Below are positions 37,183 to 48,682 of a DNA stretch of 64,000 bases, in pieces. Position numbers and translations under genes: made by a program. The stretch is from Eledone cirrhosa (Eukaryota): positions 34,162,001 to 34,226,000 of the forward strand of contig OZ024755.1 of assembly GCA_964016885.1 (NCBI GenBank), written 5' to 3'. The notes under the pieces were generated by a model. The model made no database searches, was not told the DNA's origin, and was given only the letters and a program-made list of their open reading frames with translations. Every line of letters starts with the position of its first letter. Position 1 is the first letter of the stretch.

Positions 37183-40100
37183 ATGGACTGCGGAATCCTG
37201 GAGAGTGGAGGTGAGAGAGAAAAATCTGGACGCTCAGCGACAATGCCAAAGATAAAGACAAATTCACCCCTTGGACGAGAATGCGAGCACTCCTCATTGT
37301 TTCGACCGCGGACGGCTAACATAACACCATCGCCCCCCGCCCCTCACCGCCCCCAACCCCCAAACGCAATCCAAAACTTCAGAGTTGGTACCATAAATGT
37401 AGGCACCCTAAAGGGTCGCGCTAACGAGGTTGTAGAAATGCTTGAACGTAAGGAGGTCGATGTTTGTTGTATTCAAGAGACCAGGTGGAGGGGTGGGTCT
37501 GCTAGGTTCATTGAGGGTAAAAAACGTTGTTATAAGCTTTTCTGGGTGGGAAACGACGATGGGCTGGGTGGAGTAGGAATCATGGTAGCAGAAAAGTGGG
37601 CAGATAAGATAATAGACGTAAATAGAGTGAACGACAGAATAATTAAAATACGACTTGTCCTCAATAGAACTACGGTGACAGTAATATCTGCGTACGCACC
37701 CCAATCCGGACTGCCCGGCACTATAAAAGACAGATTCTATGAGACACTGATGCTAACTACCTCCCAAATATCCGACAGTGACTATATAATTATCGCAGGC
37801 GACCTAAACGGTCACGTTGGACAACATTGTGACGGCTACGACGAAATCCATGGAGGCTATGGGTTTGGTACTAGAAATGAGGAAGGCTCCAGAATCCTGG
37901 AATTCTGTGATGCAAATAACCTAACTATCTGTAACACTAACTTCAAAAAACGTGACAATCACCTGATCACCTATAGATCCGGGGAACACACAAGCCAGGT
38001 AGATTATATCCTTACCAGAAGACGTGACAGAGTGTCTGTTGTTAACACTAAATCCCTCCCCCATGAAGAATGCACCTCCCAACATAGACTGATAATTAGC
38101 GACCTCATAGTCAGGACGAGACGTACTCGACAACAGAAGAGGACTATCCTCAGGAGGAAAATATGGAAGTTAAAGGACCCCACAGCCAGGAATAAATTTC
38201 AAAGCATATTACTTGATGCTTTCGACAGTAAGGAAGAACATTTAGAGTCGGACAATATAGAGGGAGAGTGGGAATTTCTGAAAGCAAACCTGCTGTTGGC
38301 GACAGACGAGGTCTGTGGCTGGAGCAGGCCTGTAGGCAGGAGGAGAGTAACATGGTGGTGGAACAGTAAGGTGGAGGGGTCAATTAAGGCCAAAAAGCAG
38401 GCTTGGAAAGTATGGCGGGATGGGGGAAGTAGAGAGGACTATCAAGTGGCCAGGAGGGAAGCTAGGAGACAAGTGTACTTAGCAAGAAGGGAAGCTGAGG
38501 AAAGAAAGTTCAAGCATGTTCTACAACGCGATGACCAAAAACGTGAGGTGTTCAGGATTGCTAGGCAATGCGTCAAGGAAAACCGTGATATTGTCGGGGA
38601 GAAGTGTGTACTAAACGACGATGGCACACTTGCCATCACCGACGCTGATAAGAAGGTAGCTTGGAAGTGTCACTATGAAAGGCTTCTAAATGAGGAGAAT
38701 AATTGGGAGAAAGGCAGTCTCCCCCATATCGACCCAATAGAGGGACCAGCAGTGTTAGTCGAGGGGAGTATAATAAGTAAGGCAATCAAGGATATGAAGA
38801 CTGGTAAGGCGGCTGGGCCTTCGGAAATAGTTGCTGAGATGCTGAAGGCATCTGGCACGGTGGGACACACCATGGTCACCCGCATAGTTAACCAAGTCGT
38901 ACAAAACGGGGTTGTTCCGAAGGACTGGCATAGCAGCATCATCGTTAACTGTTATAAGGGTAAAGGAGACGCCCTAGATAGGAGTAACTATAGAGGCATT
39001 AAATTAATCGACCAGGTCATGAAGGTCACGGAAAGAGTAATAGCGCAGCTAATCAGAGAGAGAATTGACCTAGATGAAATGCAGTTCGGGTTTGTGTCAG
39101 GCAAAAGTACCACAGACGCTCTTTTCATAGTACGACAACTACAAGAGAAGTACCTAGCTAAAGGTAAACCCCTCTACTTAGCTTTTGTCGACTTGGAGAA
39201 AGCCTTCGACAGAGTCCCCCGCTCCATTATCTGGTGGGCTCTTAGAAAACTAGGCGTTGACGAATGGCTTGTGAGGGCTATACAAGCCATGTATAAAGAA
39301 ACAGTCAGCAAGGTTAGAATTAACAACGAATATAGTGAAGAGTTTAGCGTAAAAGTCGGCGTCCATCAGGGCTCTGTTCTCAGTCCACTACTATTTATTA
39401 TTGCCCTTCAGGCCATAACAGAGGAGTTCAAGACAGGCTGCCCATGGGAACTCCTATACGCAGACGACCTGACACTCATAGCGGAATCAATGGCCGAGCT
39501 AGAGAAGAAATTCCAAACATGGAAGCACGGCCTAGAGTCAAAAGGACTTAAAATTAACCTGGCTAAGACCAAAGTACTAGTTTGTAGGAAAGAAAACAAG
39601 GCGGCGGTCCCTTCTGGGAAATGGTCGTGCTCGGTGTGTAGGAAAGGCGTAGGTAGAAACTCCATTTTATGTCCTAAATGCAAAGTATGGGTGCATAAAA
39701 GATGTAGTGGGATCACAGGTAGGCTAACTAAGAACATAGATTTTACATGTGGCCGGTGCTCTGGTGCAATAAGTAGCAGCAAGTGCCCACAAACTACTAG
39801 CTCTTTCAATTGCGCAGAGGGTTCTATAGAAATAGTGGACAGCTTCCGTTACCTGGGCGATAAAATCAGCAGTGGGGGAGGGTGCTCTGAAAGTACTGTA
39901 GCTAGAGTCAGAACTGGTTGGAAAAAGTTCAGAGAGCTTATACCACTATTAGCTGCTAAAGGGTTCTCACTAAAAATGAAAGGCAGGTTGTACGATGCCT
40001 GCATACGAACAGCAATGCTGCATGGCAGTGAGACCTGGGCATTGTGTGCAGAGGATATACGCAGACTAGAGAGGAACGAAGCTTGCATGCTCCGCTGGAT

Positions 40101-40413
40101 GTGTAACAGTAATATACGTGAACGGCAAAGCATAAACGAACTAAGGAATAAATTAGAGATAAGAGGGATCAGATGTTGTTTACTCGAGAGAAGGCTACGT
40201 TGGTATGGACACGTGATGCGCATGAAAGTCGATAGCTGTATAACAAAGTGCAGGGCAATAAAGATAGACGGTAGTCACGGAATAGGCAGACCTAGAAAAA
40301 CCTGGGACGAGCTGATAAACTCCGACATCACACACTTACACCTCTCCAAGACAATGTCACTGGACCGAGACCTTTGGCGGTACTCAGTAACAGAGAAGAC
40401 CCGCCTTACCTAA
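37183..40413 (+). CDS. RTE-clade LINE protein: APE endonuclease, reverse transcriptase and PHD-type zinc finger
   Basis: GTINVGTL, CIQETRW, SAYAPQ, AGDLNGHVG, QVDYIL, SQHRLI (APE); NYRGIKL, QFGF, FVDLEKAFDRV, GVHQGSVLSP, YADD at 39457 (RT); C4HC3 at 39628-39759. The frame is open from 37051; first ATG 37183, next 37243. Confidence 0.95.
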   Translation: MDCGILESGGEREKSGRSATMPKIKTNSPLGRECEHSSLFRPRTANITPSPPAPHRPQPPNAIQNFRVGTINVGTLKGRANEVVEMLERKEVDVCCIQETRWRGGSARFIEGKKRCYKLFWVGNDDGLGGVGIMVAEKWADKIIDVNRVNDRIIKIRLVLNRTTVTVISAYAPQSGLPGTIKDRFYETLMLTTSQISDSDYIIIAGDLNGHVGQHCDGYDEIHGGYGFGTRNEEGSRILEFCDANNLTICNTNFKKRDNHLITYRSGEHTSQVDYILTRRRDRVSVVNTKSLPHEECTSQHRLIISDLIVRTRRTRQQKRTILRRKIWKLKDPTARNKFQSILLDAFDSKEEHLESDNIEGEWEFLKANLLLATDEVCGWSRPVGRRRVTWWWNSKVEGSIKAKKQAWKVWRDGGSREDYQVARREARRQVYLARREAEERKFKHVLQRDDQKREVFRIARQCVKENRDIVGEKCVLNDDGTLAITDADKKVAWKCHYERLLNEENNWEKGSLPHIDPIEGPAVLVEGSIISKAIKDMKTGKAAGPSEIVAEMLKASGTVGHTMVTRIVNQVVQNGVVPKDWHSSIIVNCYKGKGDALDRSNYRGIKLIDQVMKVTERVIAQLIRERIDLDEMQFGFVSGKSTTDALFIVRQLQEKYLAKGKPLYLAFVDLEKAFDRVPRSIIWWALRKLGVDEWLVRAIQAMYKETVSKVRINNEYSEEFSVKVGVHQGSVLSPLLFIIALQAITEEFKTGCPWELLYADDLTLIAESMAELEKKFQTWKHGLESKGLKINLAKTKVLVCRKENKAAVPSGKWSCSVCRKGVGRNSILCPKCKVWVHKRCSGITGRLTKNIDFTCGRCSGAISSSKCPQTTSSFNCAEGSIEIVDSFRYLGDKISSGGGCSESTVARVRTGWKKFRELIPLLAAKGFSLKMKGRLYDACIRTAMLHGSETWALCAEDIRRLERNEACMLRWMCNSNIRERQSINELRNKLEIRGIRCCLLERRLRWYGHVMRMKVDSCITKCRAIKIDGSHGIGRPRKTWDELINSDITHLHLSKTMSLDRDLWRYSVTEKTRLT

Positions 40414-40805
40414 ATATATAGTAAAACCTACTCCAGCCAGTAGGCATCTCTAACAAATACACCCCGTCCCACCACCCCCACCCGATCCACACCACCCCGT
40501 TCTATGTAAAGTTATGTTGGTGCCGCGCCATCGAGGCCGAAACAAATGAGATCGTGTAGGTGTCACGACAAAAAAAACACACAGTCCACGCTGTAATGTG
40601 GCCGTGTAGGCAACACGGTAAAAACCTCCCAGACCCACACTGTAAATGTGGTTGGTGTTAGGAAGGGCATCCAACTGTAGAAAACCTGCCAGACAGTCCT
40701 ATGCGAGCAAGACAATCACTCTTGCCTCAAGTGGGACTACCCCCGTCCAAACCCATGCAAGCGTGGAACACGGACGTTAAACGCTGATGATGATGATGAT
40801 GATGA

Positions 40806-41345
40806 TACACAAGCACAATAACAACAAACACATATAAACACACACTAGTAAAGATAGAATATGTTAACCAATACACAGTCACCCAATCACGAACACACAT
40901 CAAACAAAACACTATACACACACGCAAACGCATGCGCAAAGAAGACAAAATAAAATAAACAAATAAATAAATAAATAAATAAATATATAAACAGACTAAA
41001 TAAAGATGGCGTAGAAAATACAATGTAACGGGAGGAAACAATAGCACCACTGACGATGTTGCAGATGTGCAACGAAAGAACTTTGATAAACTATATATAT
41101 GTGTTTGTGTCTATATTGTATCTGTATTATTTTTGACCGTTGGTCAGTCAATGGCAACATTGAGGACCGAATAAATTAGATTACCGATATAAAAGACACA
41201 GAAGCGAAAACCAACCAAACAGTGAGTGTGTTCTGTTATTAATTCTGGCAATAATACCCAAATATGACCCTTCCCAAGTATAACAATATTTGTTTCGACA
41301 CACGATTTCATATCAAAAACCTCGCAAAACTAATTCATCGCCGTT
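40806..41345 (+). mobile_element. Penelope-like element, right part (A/C-rich UTR/pLTR with hammerhead), ending at (TA)n
   Basis: Same order as 23790-24144: A/C-rich tract, hammerhead, AATAAA, GAAAACCAAC..GTGTGTT..ATGACCCT motif. Confidence 0.65.
41046..41087 (+). ncRNA. minimal type I hammerhead ribozyme motif
   Basis: ACCA-CUGACGA-U-GUUGCA-GAUG-UGCAAC-GAAA-GAAC-UU/UGAU: perfect 6-bp stem II; stem I has one C-A mismatch. Confidence 0.75.
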
Positions 41346-41351
41346 ATTATA

Positions 41352-41422
<71 letters not shown>

Positions 41423-44400
41423 TAAATACACACACTGTCTCTATTACACCTACAAACTCACTCACACACACACAAACACACATACATATAAATAGAATTA
41501 CCATTACAAGCATAGACTACTCAAATGCTCACACATGCTCCTATGTAAACAAGCAAATAGGACCATCAAATACATAAATCTAAACGTAGATACATCTAAA
41601 ACAAACACAAAGTAATTACTGAATGTCCCTATATGTATATAATACACTCTGAAAACAAAGCCAATAGTCAAAACACCCAGTGGATAAGACCATCAAAATG
41701 ATGCTTACAGAAACCTATACAATGTTATTTTATAAAACACTATTATATAACATATTTATGTATAAAATCATACTCACACATCAGCAAATATATGTATGTG
41801 TATATGTATTAATATATATCCATATGAATGTACACATATTTGTGATGGTAGAGATTCATAAAGAGATCCTCATCATCATCATCATCGTTTAATGTCCAAT
41901 TTCCACGCTAGCATGGGTTAGACGGGTTATCCTGTGTGAGGCAGGTAGGGTCAGGTGACCATGTCTTGCCTTATCGAGAACCGTTTCTGGCTTGGTTTCT
42001 ATGGCTGGATGCCCTTACTAATGCCAACCACATTTACAGTGTGGGCAGGGTGCTTTTTGTCATGACACCTACACAACCACATTTAGTGTGGGTTGGGTGC
42101 TTTTTGTCATGACACCTAAACAACCACATTTAGTGTGGGTTGGGTACTTTTTGTCATGACACCTACACAACCTCTTCACAGTGAGTACCGGGGGCTTTTT
42201 GTCATGACACCTACACGACCACATTTACAGCGTGAGCAGGGAGCTTTTTGTCATAACACCTACATGATTACTTTACAATGTAGGCTGAGGTTGTAAATTC
42301 TAAAGAGTGAGTAGAAAAGTTCAATTGTTGGTGCAGTTTGCAAGATAATACGATTCATACCTTAATTATCTCAAGTACTGCCAATTAACTTAATGAATAC
42401 TTTATTTCATTTCATAAATATAAACACATTAAAAGAGTTTTGCATTGTAGCATCAAGTTGTTTGGTATATGAAAGGTTTACCTTTCTTGTTGGTATAATG
42501 TTCTTCTTCACAAAGAGATTTAAACCTTTAGCATTTAAAGCGGCAGTATCCGGACCTCTTTCTGCTCAAACTGGTTGTAACTGGCCCCTCATCGACTCTA
42601 ACTGATATTAAGGTATTGTTCTCAAAATAAATAATATCAAAATCTCAAAGATTTGATATCATGTGAGATAAAGGGTTTACTGTGACAATACAATAGTAAA
42701 TATAAAGTAATATAAATGCTAAAAGGTTAAGAATTATGCTATCAGAGCAGTCTTTTCAAATACCCAAATTTTGTAATTAGCCATGACATAGGATGTCAAA
42801 TTATTTTTGGTAGTTGATTGATGAGGGCAAAAACCATGAAGATTCATAAGATCATTAAAATGAAAATATAAAATAACTAATGATAAATTGTATATTTTAA
42901 CACTTTAACATTTACATTACTCTATATTTACTATTGTATTTTCATGGTAAAGGCTTTACCTCACATAATATCGAATCTATGAGATTTTGATATTATTTAT
43001 TTTGAGAACAATACCTTAATATCAGTATGAGTGGCAGGTTACAGCAGGTTTGAACAGAAATGGTGACAGAATTCTGGCCGGATATGGCCAGTTTAATCCT
43101 TTAGCATCTAAACCAGTTATATCCGGCCAGAATTCCCTCACCTCTTTCTGTTCAAGCTGGCCGTAACCAGCTGTTTATACTTATCCTGATATTGTTCGCA
43201 AAATAAATAATATCAAAATCTCATAGATTCAATATTATGTGAGATTTTACCTCAAAAATACAATAGTAAATATAGAGTAATGTAAATGCTAAAGGGTTAA
43301 GAAGCATTATTTGAGCATAATTCAACCTTAGTTTTGTGTTACACTATTTCTTTCTCATCCATATTTTGTATATTTATTATGAAAATATAAACAACAGTAA
43401 CTAGTAAACAACAACACAAACAACCTAAGCGAAAATATAAACCATATTACTGACTCATACAAAATAAGGCACAAGGTCAACAATTACCTCAGTGTATTAT
43501 TGGTACTTTATTTTATCAACCCCGTAAGGATGAAAGGCAAAGTTAACCTCGGTGAGATTTGAACTCAGAACGTAAAGGGCCATAAGTATGCTGCAAAGCA
43601 TATTGTCTGATGCTCCACAGCCACTGCCAATGCACCACCAATGAACATGATACTCTTAATTGAAATTATTGTTTACCAATAATAATTTCAATTAAGAATG
43701 TCAAACATTGCTGTTGTTTTTTAGAAAGAAAGAAAGAAAAGCAATACTTCCTTATTTAAAAAAAAAAAAAAAAAAAACAAAGAATATAAACAAAATGACA
43801 AGAAATGCAGAGACAACAAAAAATACTAAATAAATTTCAACGAATAAATATTCACTTTGACCCCAACAAGATGGCAAAAATACGGAAAAGCTATCAGAAC
43901 ATTATGGCTTTCACGAAATATCGTCCAGGCAATGATGAAATTATTACATTTCAAACAAAATTCTCATTAATCGGAGTAGTGGGTAATTTTGATTTCATGT
44001 TATCGAGTTAAGTGGATGAGTCATGAAAGCGAAATCAGTCGGACATGTAACTATAGCAAGCTGGTGCAAGTCTGGGCTGTAGATTAAATAATTCAAACAG
44101 CAAAACAAGTTTTATTCCATGAGTAACATGAGAAATCTAAAGCTTTGAGAAGAAACCTTGAGAAGGAACAGAAAGTGTCAACTAAGAGTTGTTTCAGAAG
44201 AAAGGGTGTGTAAATTAGAGGGAACTGTTAGAAGGAGGAGGCATCAATGGTCATAGAGAAGAGAAAATAAACAGGACACTGAAGGATGAAATAACAGGGA
44301 AATTATATGTAATTATAGGAAAAACAGATGCACAAATATGCATCTCTTTCTGTATATATATATGTGTGTGTGTGTGTGTATGTATGTATATATATATGTA

Positions 44401-44451
44401 TAAACCCATGCTAGCGTGGAAAATGGACATTAAGCGAAGATGAAAATGATG

Positions 44452-44531
<80 letters not shown>

Positions 44532-44537
44532 ATAATA

Positions 44538-44585
<48 letters not shown>

Positions 44586-45135
44586 GTGTGTATATGTGTG
44601 TGTGTGTATATATATACATACATGTGTCTATATATACACACATATATACATGTATGTATATACGTGTATATATATATGTATGATTATACAGATTGGGAAA
44701 TTTCGTTCCATTTTATACAAAAATGTGAAGGCACGTGGCTGATTGGTTAGAGAACTGGATTCGCAATCATGAGGTTGTCAGTTCAATTCCTGCGTTAAGT
44801 CCTTAAGCAAGACATTTTATTTCATGTTGCTCCTTCTACCTGGAGCTGCAACCGATAGGTAGCATTAATTGGAAAGACCAATGGAAACATTACTTCCTCG
44901 GTCCGATTTGACGAAAGTCGACCGACAAATTTTTTTATAGAAAAAAGTGGCTCGGATTCCTATATTTTAAAAGTACAATTTGATTGGGTTTGGATGATCA
45001 CATGATTAGAAATAGAATTTTGATGTAGTTTATACTTTTATGTGAATAGGATGTTCTGTGTTGAAAGTGTGTATTCAAAGTTGCATAATTTTAATATTGG
45101 TGTAATTTGCTATATGTTTATATTAATAAAGAGAA

Positions 45136-45426
45136 AAAGTTTCAATTTAATATATTTTATTCAAAATCATATATGACATGTGTTTAGCAAGTGAGCGGCT
45201 CAAGACTTTAATCAAATATGATTGGCTTGACTATGGTGTTGATTTGCTCATCAGGCACACAGAAGATCAGAACTGACAGAGAAATGAACATATTTTATTT
45301 CTGACCTGTTATGCGGTCTGATGAGTAAATTAACATTGGAGTCAGGCCAATCATAATTAAGGCCTTGCTCACCTGCTAAATCCCGTTATGTGTGATTATG
45401 AATAAAATATGTTAAACTAAAACTTT
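45136..45426 (+). repeat. about 290-nt imperfect inverted repeat
   Basis: For example, TATGATTGGCTTGACTATGGTGTTGATTTGCTCATCAGG pairs with TCTGATGAGTAAATTAACATTGGAGTCAGGCCAATCATA; the outer arms also pair. Confidence 0.85.
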
Positions 45427-45878
45427 CTTAATCATCATCATCATCATCATTTTACGTCCGCTTTTCCCTGCTTGCAAGGGTGGGACGGGAACTGATTCTG
45501 GCTTGATTTCTACAGCTGGATGCCCTTCCTAACACCAACCTCATTTTACAGTGTGGTCTGGGTGCTATTTTTGCCGTGGCACCTACACGACCACTTTGCA
45601 GTGGAATGATATGGGCCCCCAGTCCCTATCATCTCATTTCTACAGCTGAGTAAACTGGAGCAATGTGAAATAAAGTGTCTTGCTCAAGGAAACAACACAT
45701 CCCCCGGTGTGAGATTTGAACTAGCAACCTTTTGATTCCAAGGCCAATGCTCTAACCACTAAGCTACGTGCCTCCATGCATATATATTTATATATATGTA
45801 TATATATATATACATGTATGTATATATATGCACACACACACAAACACATATACATATAGATATTTATACACACATATA

Positions 45879-46711
45879 CAGGGTATGGACGATATTTGTT
45901 TGCAATATTCAACTGCTAATTTTATGCAGATTTTTTTACTTCCGTTGTCACTCTTGTCTTCATAAAAACAGTGACTATATTTCCATTATTTACTTTCAGA
46001 ATAATTGATTATGAATAATTTTGAACCTCCAAATTTGTGGAAGAGACACAGAGTTCGTTTTGGAATCGGCGCAGGGAGGACAAATAAGGAAATTTCAGAC
46101 TTTCTCAGTGTGGAAAAGGTCAGACGTGCCCAGAGTCATGCAGACAAAGTTTCCAGCGCAACATTGGTCTGAGGTGTCGTCAGCAGTCAAGGTGACGTCA
46201 TGCCACCTCACTTCTTCCCTGAGGGCCTCAAGCTGAACACCGATGGCTACATCCGCGTTCTGAGTGAGGTAGTAAAACCCTGGATCAACCAGGTAGCTGC
46301 AGGTAGGCCATACGTGTGGCAGCAAGACTCAGTGCCCTGCCATACCAGCCGAAAGACCCAAGCCTGGCTGTCAGAGAACTTCGTCGACCACACTTCACCT
46401 GACAAATGGCCTCCCAGCTACCCTAACTGCAGCCCCCTCGATTTCTTAGTGTGTGGCGCAGTGGAACGAGACACCAACAGATCTAGTTGCAATACGAAAG
46501 ACGATCTGAAAGCGAGGATCACAAGTGCCTTTAGGGGCCTAAGTCGGGGGACAGTGACGAAGGCCTGTAGCCGGTTCCGAGGCCGCATTGAGGCCGTCAT
46601 CAAAGCCAATGGCGAGTTTATCGAGTGAGATCGAAAGAAGTTTGATAAATATATCTTAAAAAATAAAACTAGTGTTATTTTTTCTTGCGAACAAATATCG
46701 TCTGCACCCTG
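45879..46711 (+). mobile_element. internally deleted Tc1/mariner DD37D (maT) transposon
   Basis: 27-bp TIRs CAGGGTATGGACGATATTTGTTTGCAA / TTGCGAACAAATATCGTCTGCACCCTG with TA on each side. Confidence 0.9.
46138..46628 (+). pseudogene. DD37D transposase C-terminal half
   Basis: YVWQQDSVPCH...WPPSYPNCSPLDF with 37 residues between the 2nd and 3rd catalytic D; the N-terminus is missing and there is a frameshift near 46165. Confidence 0.88.
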
Positions 46712-46743
<32 letters not shown>

Positions 46744-46974
46744 CACACATATATATAATATATGCATGTCTGTATTTGTGTGCAAGTGTATGTATGTATG
46801 TCCATGTCTGTGTTTACACCACTAAAATTTTGGGGTCATTGAGTAGCAATAAAAATGTATGTATTTTTACATAAAATGGCGAAAATGTGTTTAGAAAGTC
46901 AACTGAGTAATTCTCTCTTTCTGAATAATGATTCTTTCACTGAGAGCCACTGCTGTTAGTTGAATTAAATGTTA

Positions 46975-47440
46975 AAGACACCCTTCAGTCATGAATGACC
47001 ATGGGATTTGCACCTATGAGGTTCCCCTACGAGGCTCAAGTCAGGGCAAGGTTGTTTGTGGAAGACCTGCAGTCACCCATGCATACCAGTCTCCCCTCTC
47101 CACACCACCGATGTTGTCCAGGGGAAAGGCATTGGCTGATACAGCCTGGCACCAGTCACGCGACTATATATATCATCATCATCACCGTTTTACGTCCGTT
47201 CTTCCACGCTAGCATGGGTTAGACGGGTTGTCCTGTTGTGTGCAGTGTCTGGTCGGCTGACCATGCCTTGCTCATACAGGAACTGATCTGGCTTGATTTC
47301 TACAGCTGGATGCCCTTCCTAACACCAACCTCATTTACAGTGAGTGCTGGGTGCTTTTTCGTGGCGCCTACACGTCCACTTTACAGTGTGGGCTGGGTGC
47401 TTTTTTGCCGTGGCACCTCCACGACCACCTTGCGGTGGGG
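46975..47440. mobile_element. SINE-like repeat followed by an RTE-tail SINE fragment
   Basis: GATGTTGTCCAGGGGAAAGGC...GATACAGCCTGGCACCAG recurs at about 48222, 48998 and 49483. Confidence 0.65.
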
Positions 47441-47579
47441 GATATATATATATTAGGGTAAACATTGATGCAATTCAATTCAAGCACTCAACGTACTTTA
47501 TCCACATAGGAGTGACGGAGTAAATATCGAATAAGGAAAAGCGAAGTAGTTTCAGATGTTCAAGTCCTTTAATAATAAT

Positions 47580-47653
47580 GCTGTGATATATATTTCAGTG
47601 ACGACACTGGCCACACTGTTCTGTGTGCGAGTGTCGTGTCATCATCAGACAGC
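47580..47653 (-). ncRNA. type I hammerhead ribozyme motif
   Basis: Minus strand GCUGU-CUGAUGA-(UGACACGACACU...AGUGUCGUCACU)-GAAA-UAUAUA-UC/ACAGC. Confidence 0.8.
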
Positions 47654-47674
47654 TTGTTATATATATATATATAT

Positions 47675-47751
47675 ATATTTATTAAAATAACAGATTAAAA
47701 TTTAAGCAAAGAATTGCTGCTTAAACTTTAATCTGTTATTTTAATAAATAT
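47675..47751. repeat. fold-back hairpin adjacent to (TA)n
   Basis: ATATTTATTAAAATAACAGATTAAAATTTAAGCA / TGCTTAAACTTTAATCTGTTATTTTAATAAATAT with a 9-nt loop. Confidence 0.9.
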
Positions 47752-48055
47752 TTGCTCTACGGTTCTTATATATTTGATATTTGATATATATTTATCCTTA
47801 TCGAGCCCTCTTTGGATTTTAGTCTTCAAATTTATTATTATTACTATATATATATATATATTCATTTAGGTTTGTTGATTCACCATTGGATAGAACTGGT
47901 CATTCTGTATGGTCAACCTCGATGTAATATTAGGGAGAGCACTCGACGTAATGCAACTCACCCGTCTTCGTTTGTGTTGTTGGTGGTGCGAGTACGGAGT
48001 TAATTATTATAGAATAACAGGAGGCTGGTCTGGTGTAATTCCTTAAAGGTTTATT

Positions 48056-48113
48056 ATACTATGAACATTTCAATGACCGGGTTCAGTATGAATCCGGTGA
48101 CATCATCAGGTAT
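48056..48113 (-). ncRNA. type I hammerhead ribozyme motif
   Basis: Minus strand AUAC-CUGAUGA-(UGUCACCGGAUUCA-UAC-UGAACCCGGUCAUU)-GAAA-UGUUCA-UA/GUAU, followed by AAUAAA. Confidence 0.78.
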
Positions 48114-48275
48114 TCAAAATTTAACAAAGGAATATAACCCATGGGGCTGAAAAGGCAGAGAGACAAGAATATATATTATATATATAAATACATTATATAC
48201 ACAGTATATATACACTATATCTGATGTTGTCCAAGGGTAAGGCAATGGCCGATACAGCCTGGTACCAGTGACGTG

Positions 48276-48307
<32 letters not shown>

Positions 48308-48309
<2 letters not shown>

Positions 48310-48602
48310 AAGTTATGGTGGTACCACAACATCCATGCCCGAAACAAATGAGGTCGTGTAGGTGTCACGACAAAAAAACACACAGTCCACGCTGTAATGT
48401 GACCGTGTAGGCAACACGGTAAAAACCTCCCAGTCCACACTGTAAACATGGTTGGTGTTAGGAAGGGCATCCAGCCGTAGAAAACCCGCCAGACAGTCCT
48501 ATGCGAGCAAGACAACCACTCTTGCCTCAAGTGGGAAAACTCCCGTCCAAACCCATGCAAGCGTGGAACATGGACGTTAATCGATGATGATGATGATGAT
48601 GA

Positions 48603-48605
<3 letters not shown>
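48308..48605 (+). mobile_element. copy of the RTE 3' UTR/tail
   Basis: Highly similar to 40505-40805. Confidence 0.88.
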
Positions 48606-48633
<28 letters not shown>

Positions 48634-48682
48634 ACTGCCAAGACTGGAATTGAACCATCAGCACAGTTGAGGTATGTCATAC

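Larger units (their letters stand above)
36331..40805 (+). mobile_element. apparently full-length RTE-clade LINE
   Basis: Duplicated 5' region, a single uninterrupted APE-RT ORF, about 390 nt of 3' UTR and a (TGA)n tail. The exact 5' boundary and TSD are not resolved. Confidence 0.88.

Noticed and set aside
43654-43697. 17-bp-stem AT-rich hairpin (and a 19-bp-stem hairpin at 60024-60071)
   Set aside because: Real inverted repeats, but short, AT-rich and without (TA)n or ribozyme context; no function inferable.
47775-47835. Minus-strand UUGAAGA...UAAAUAUAUAUC hammerhead-like string
   Set aside because: Two core substitutions without compensation and poor stems I and II.
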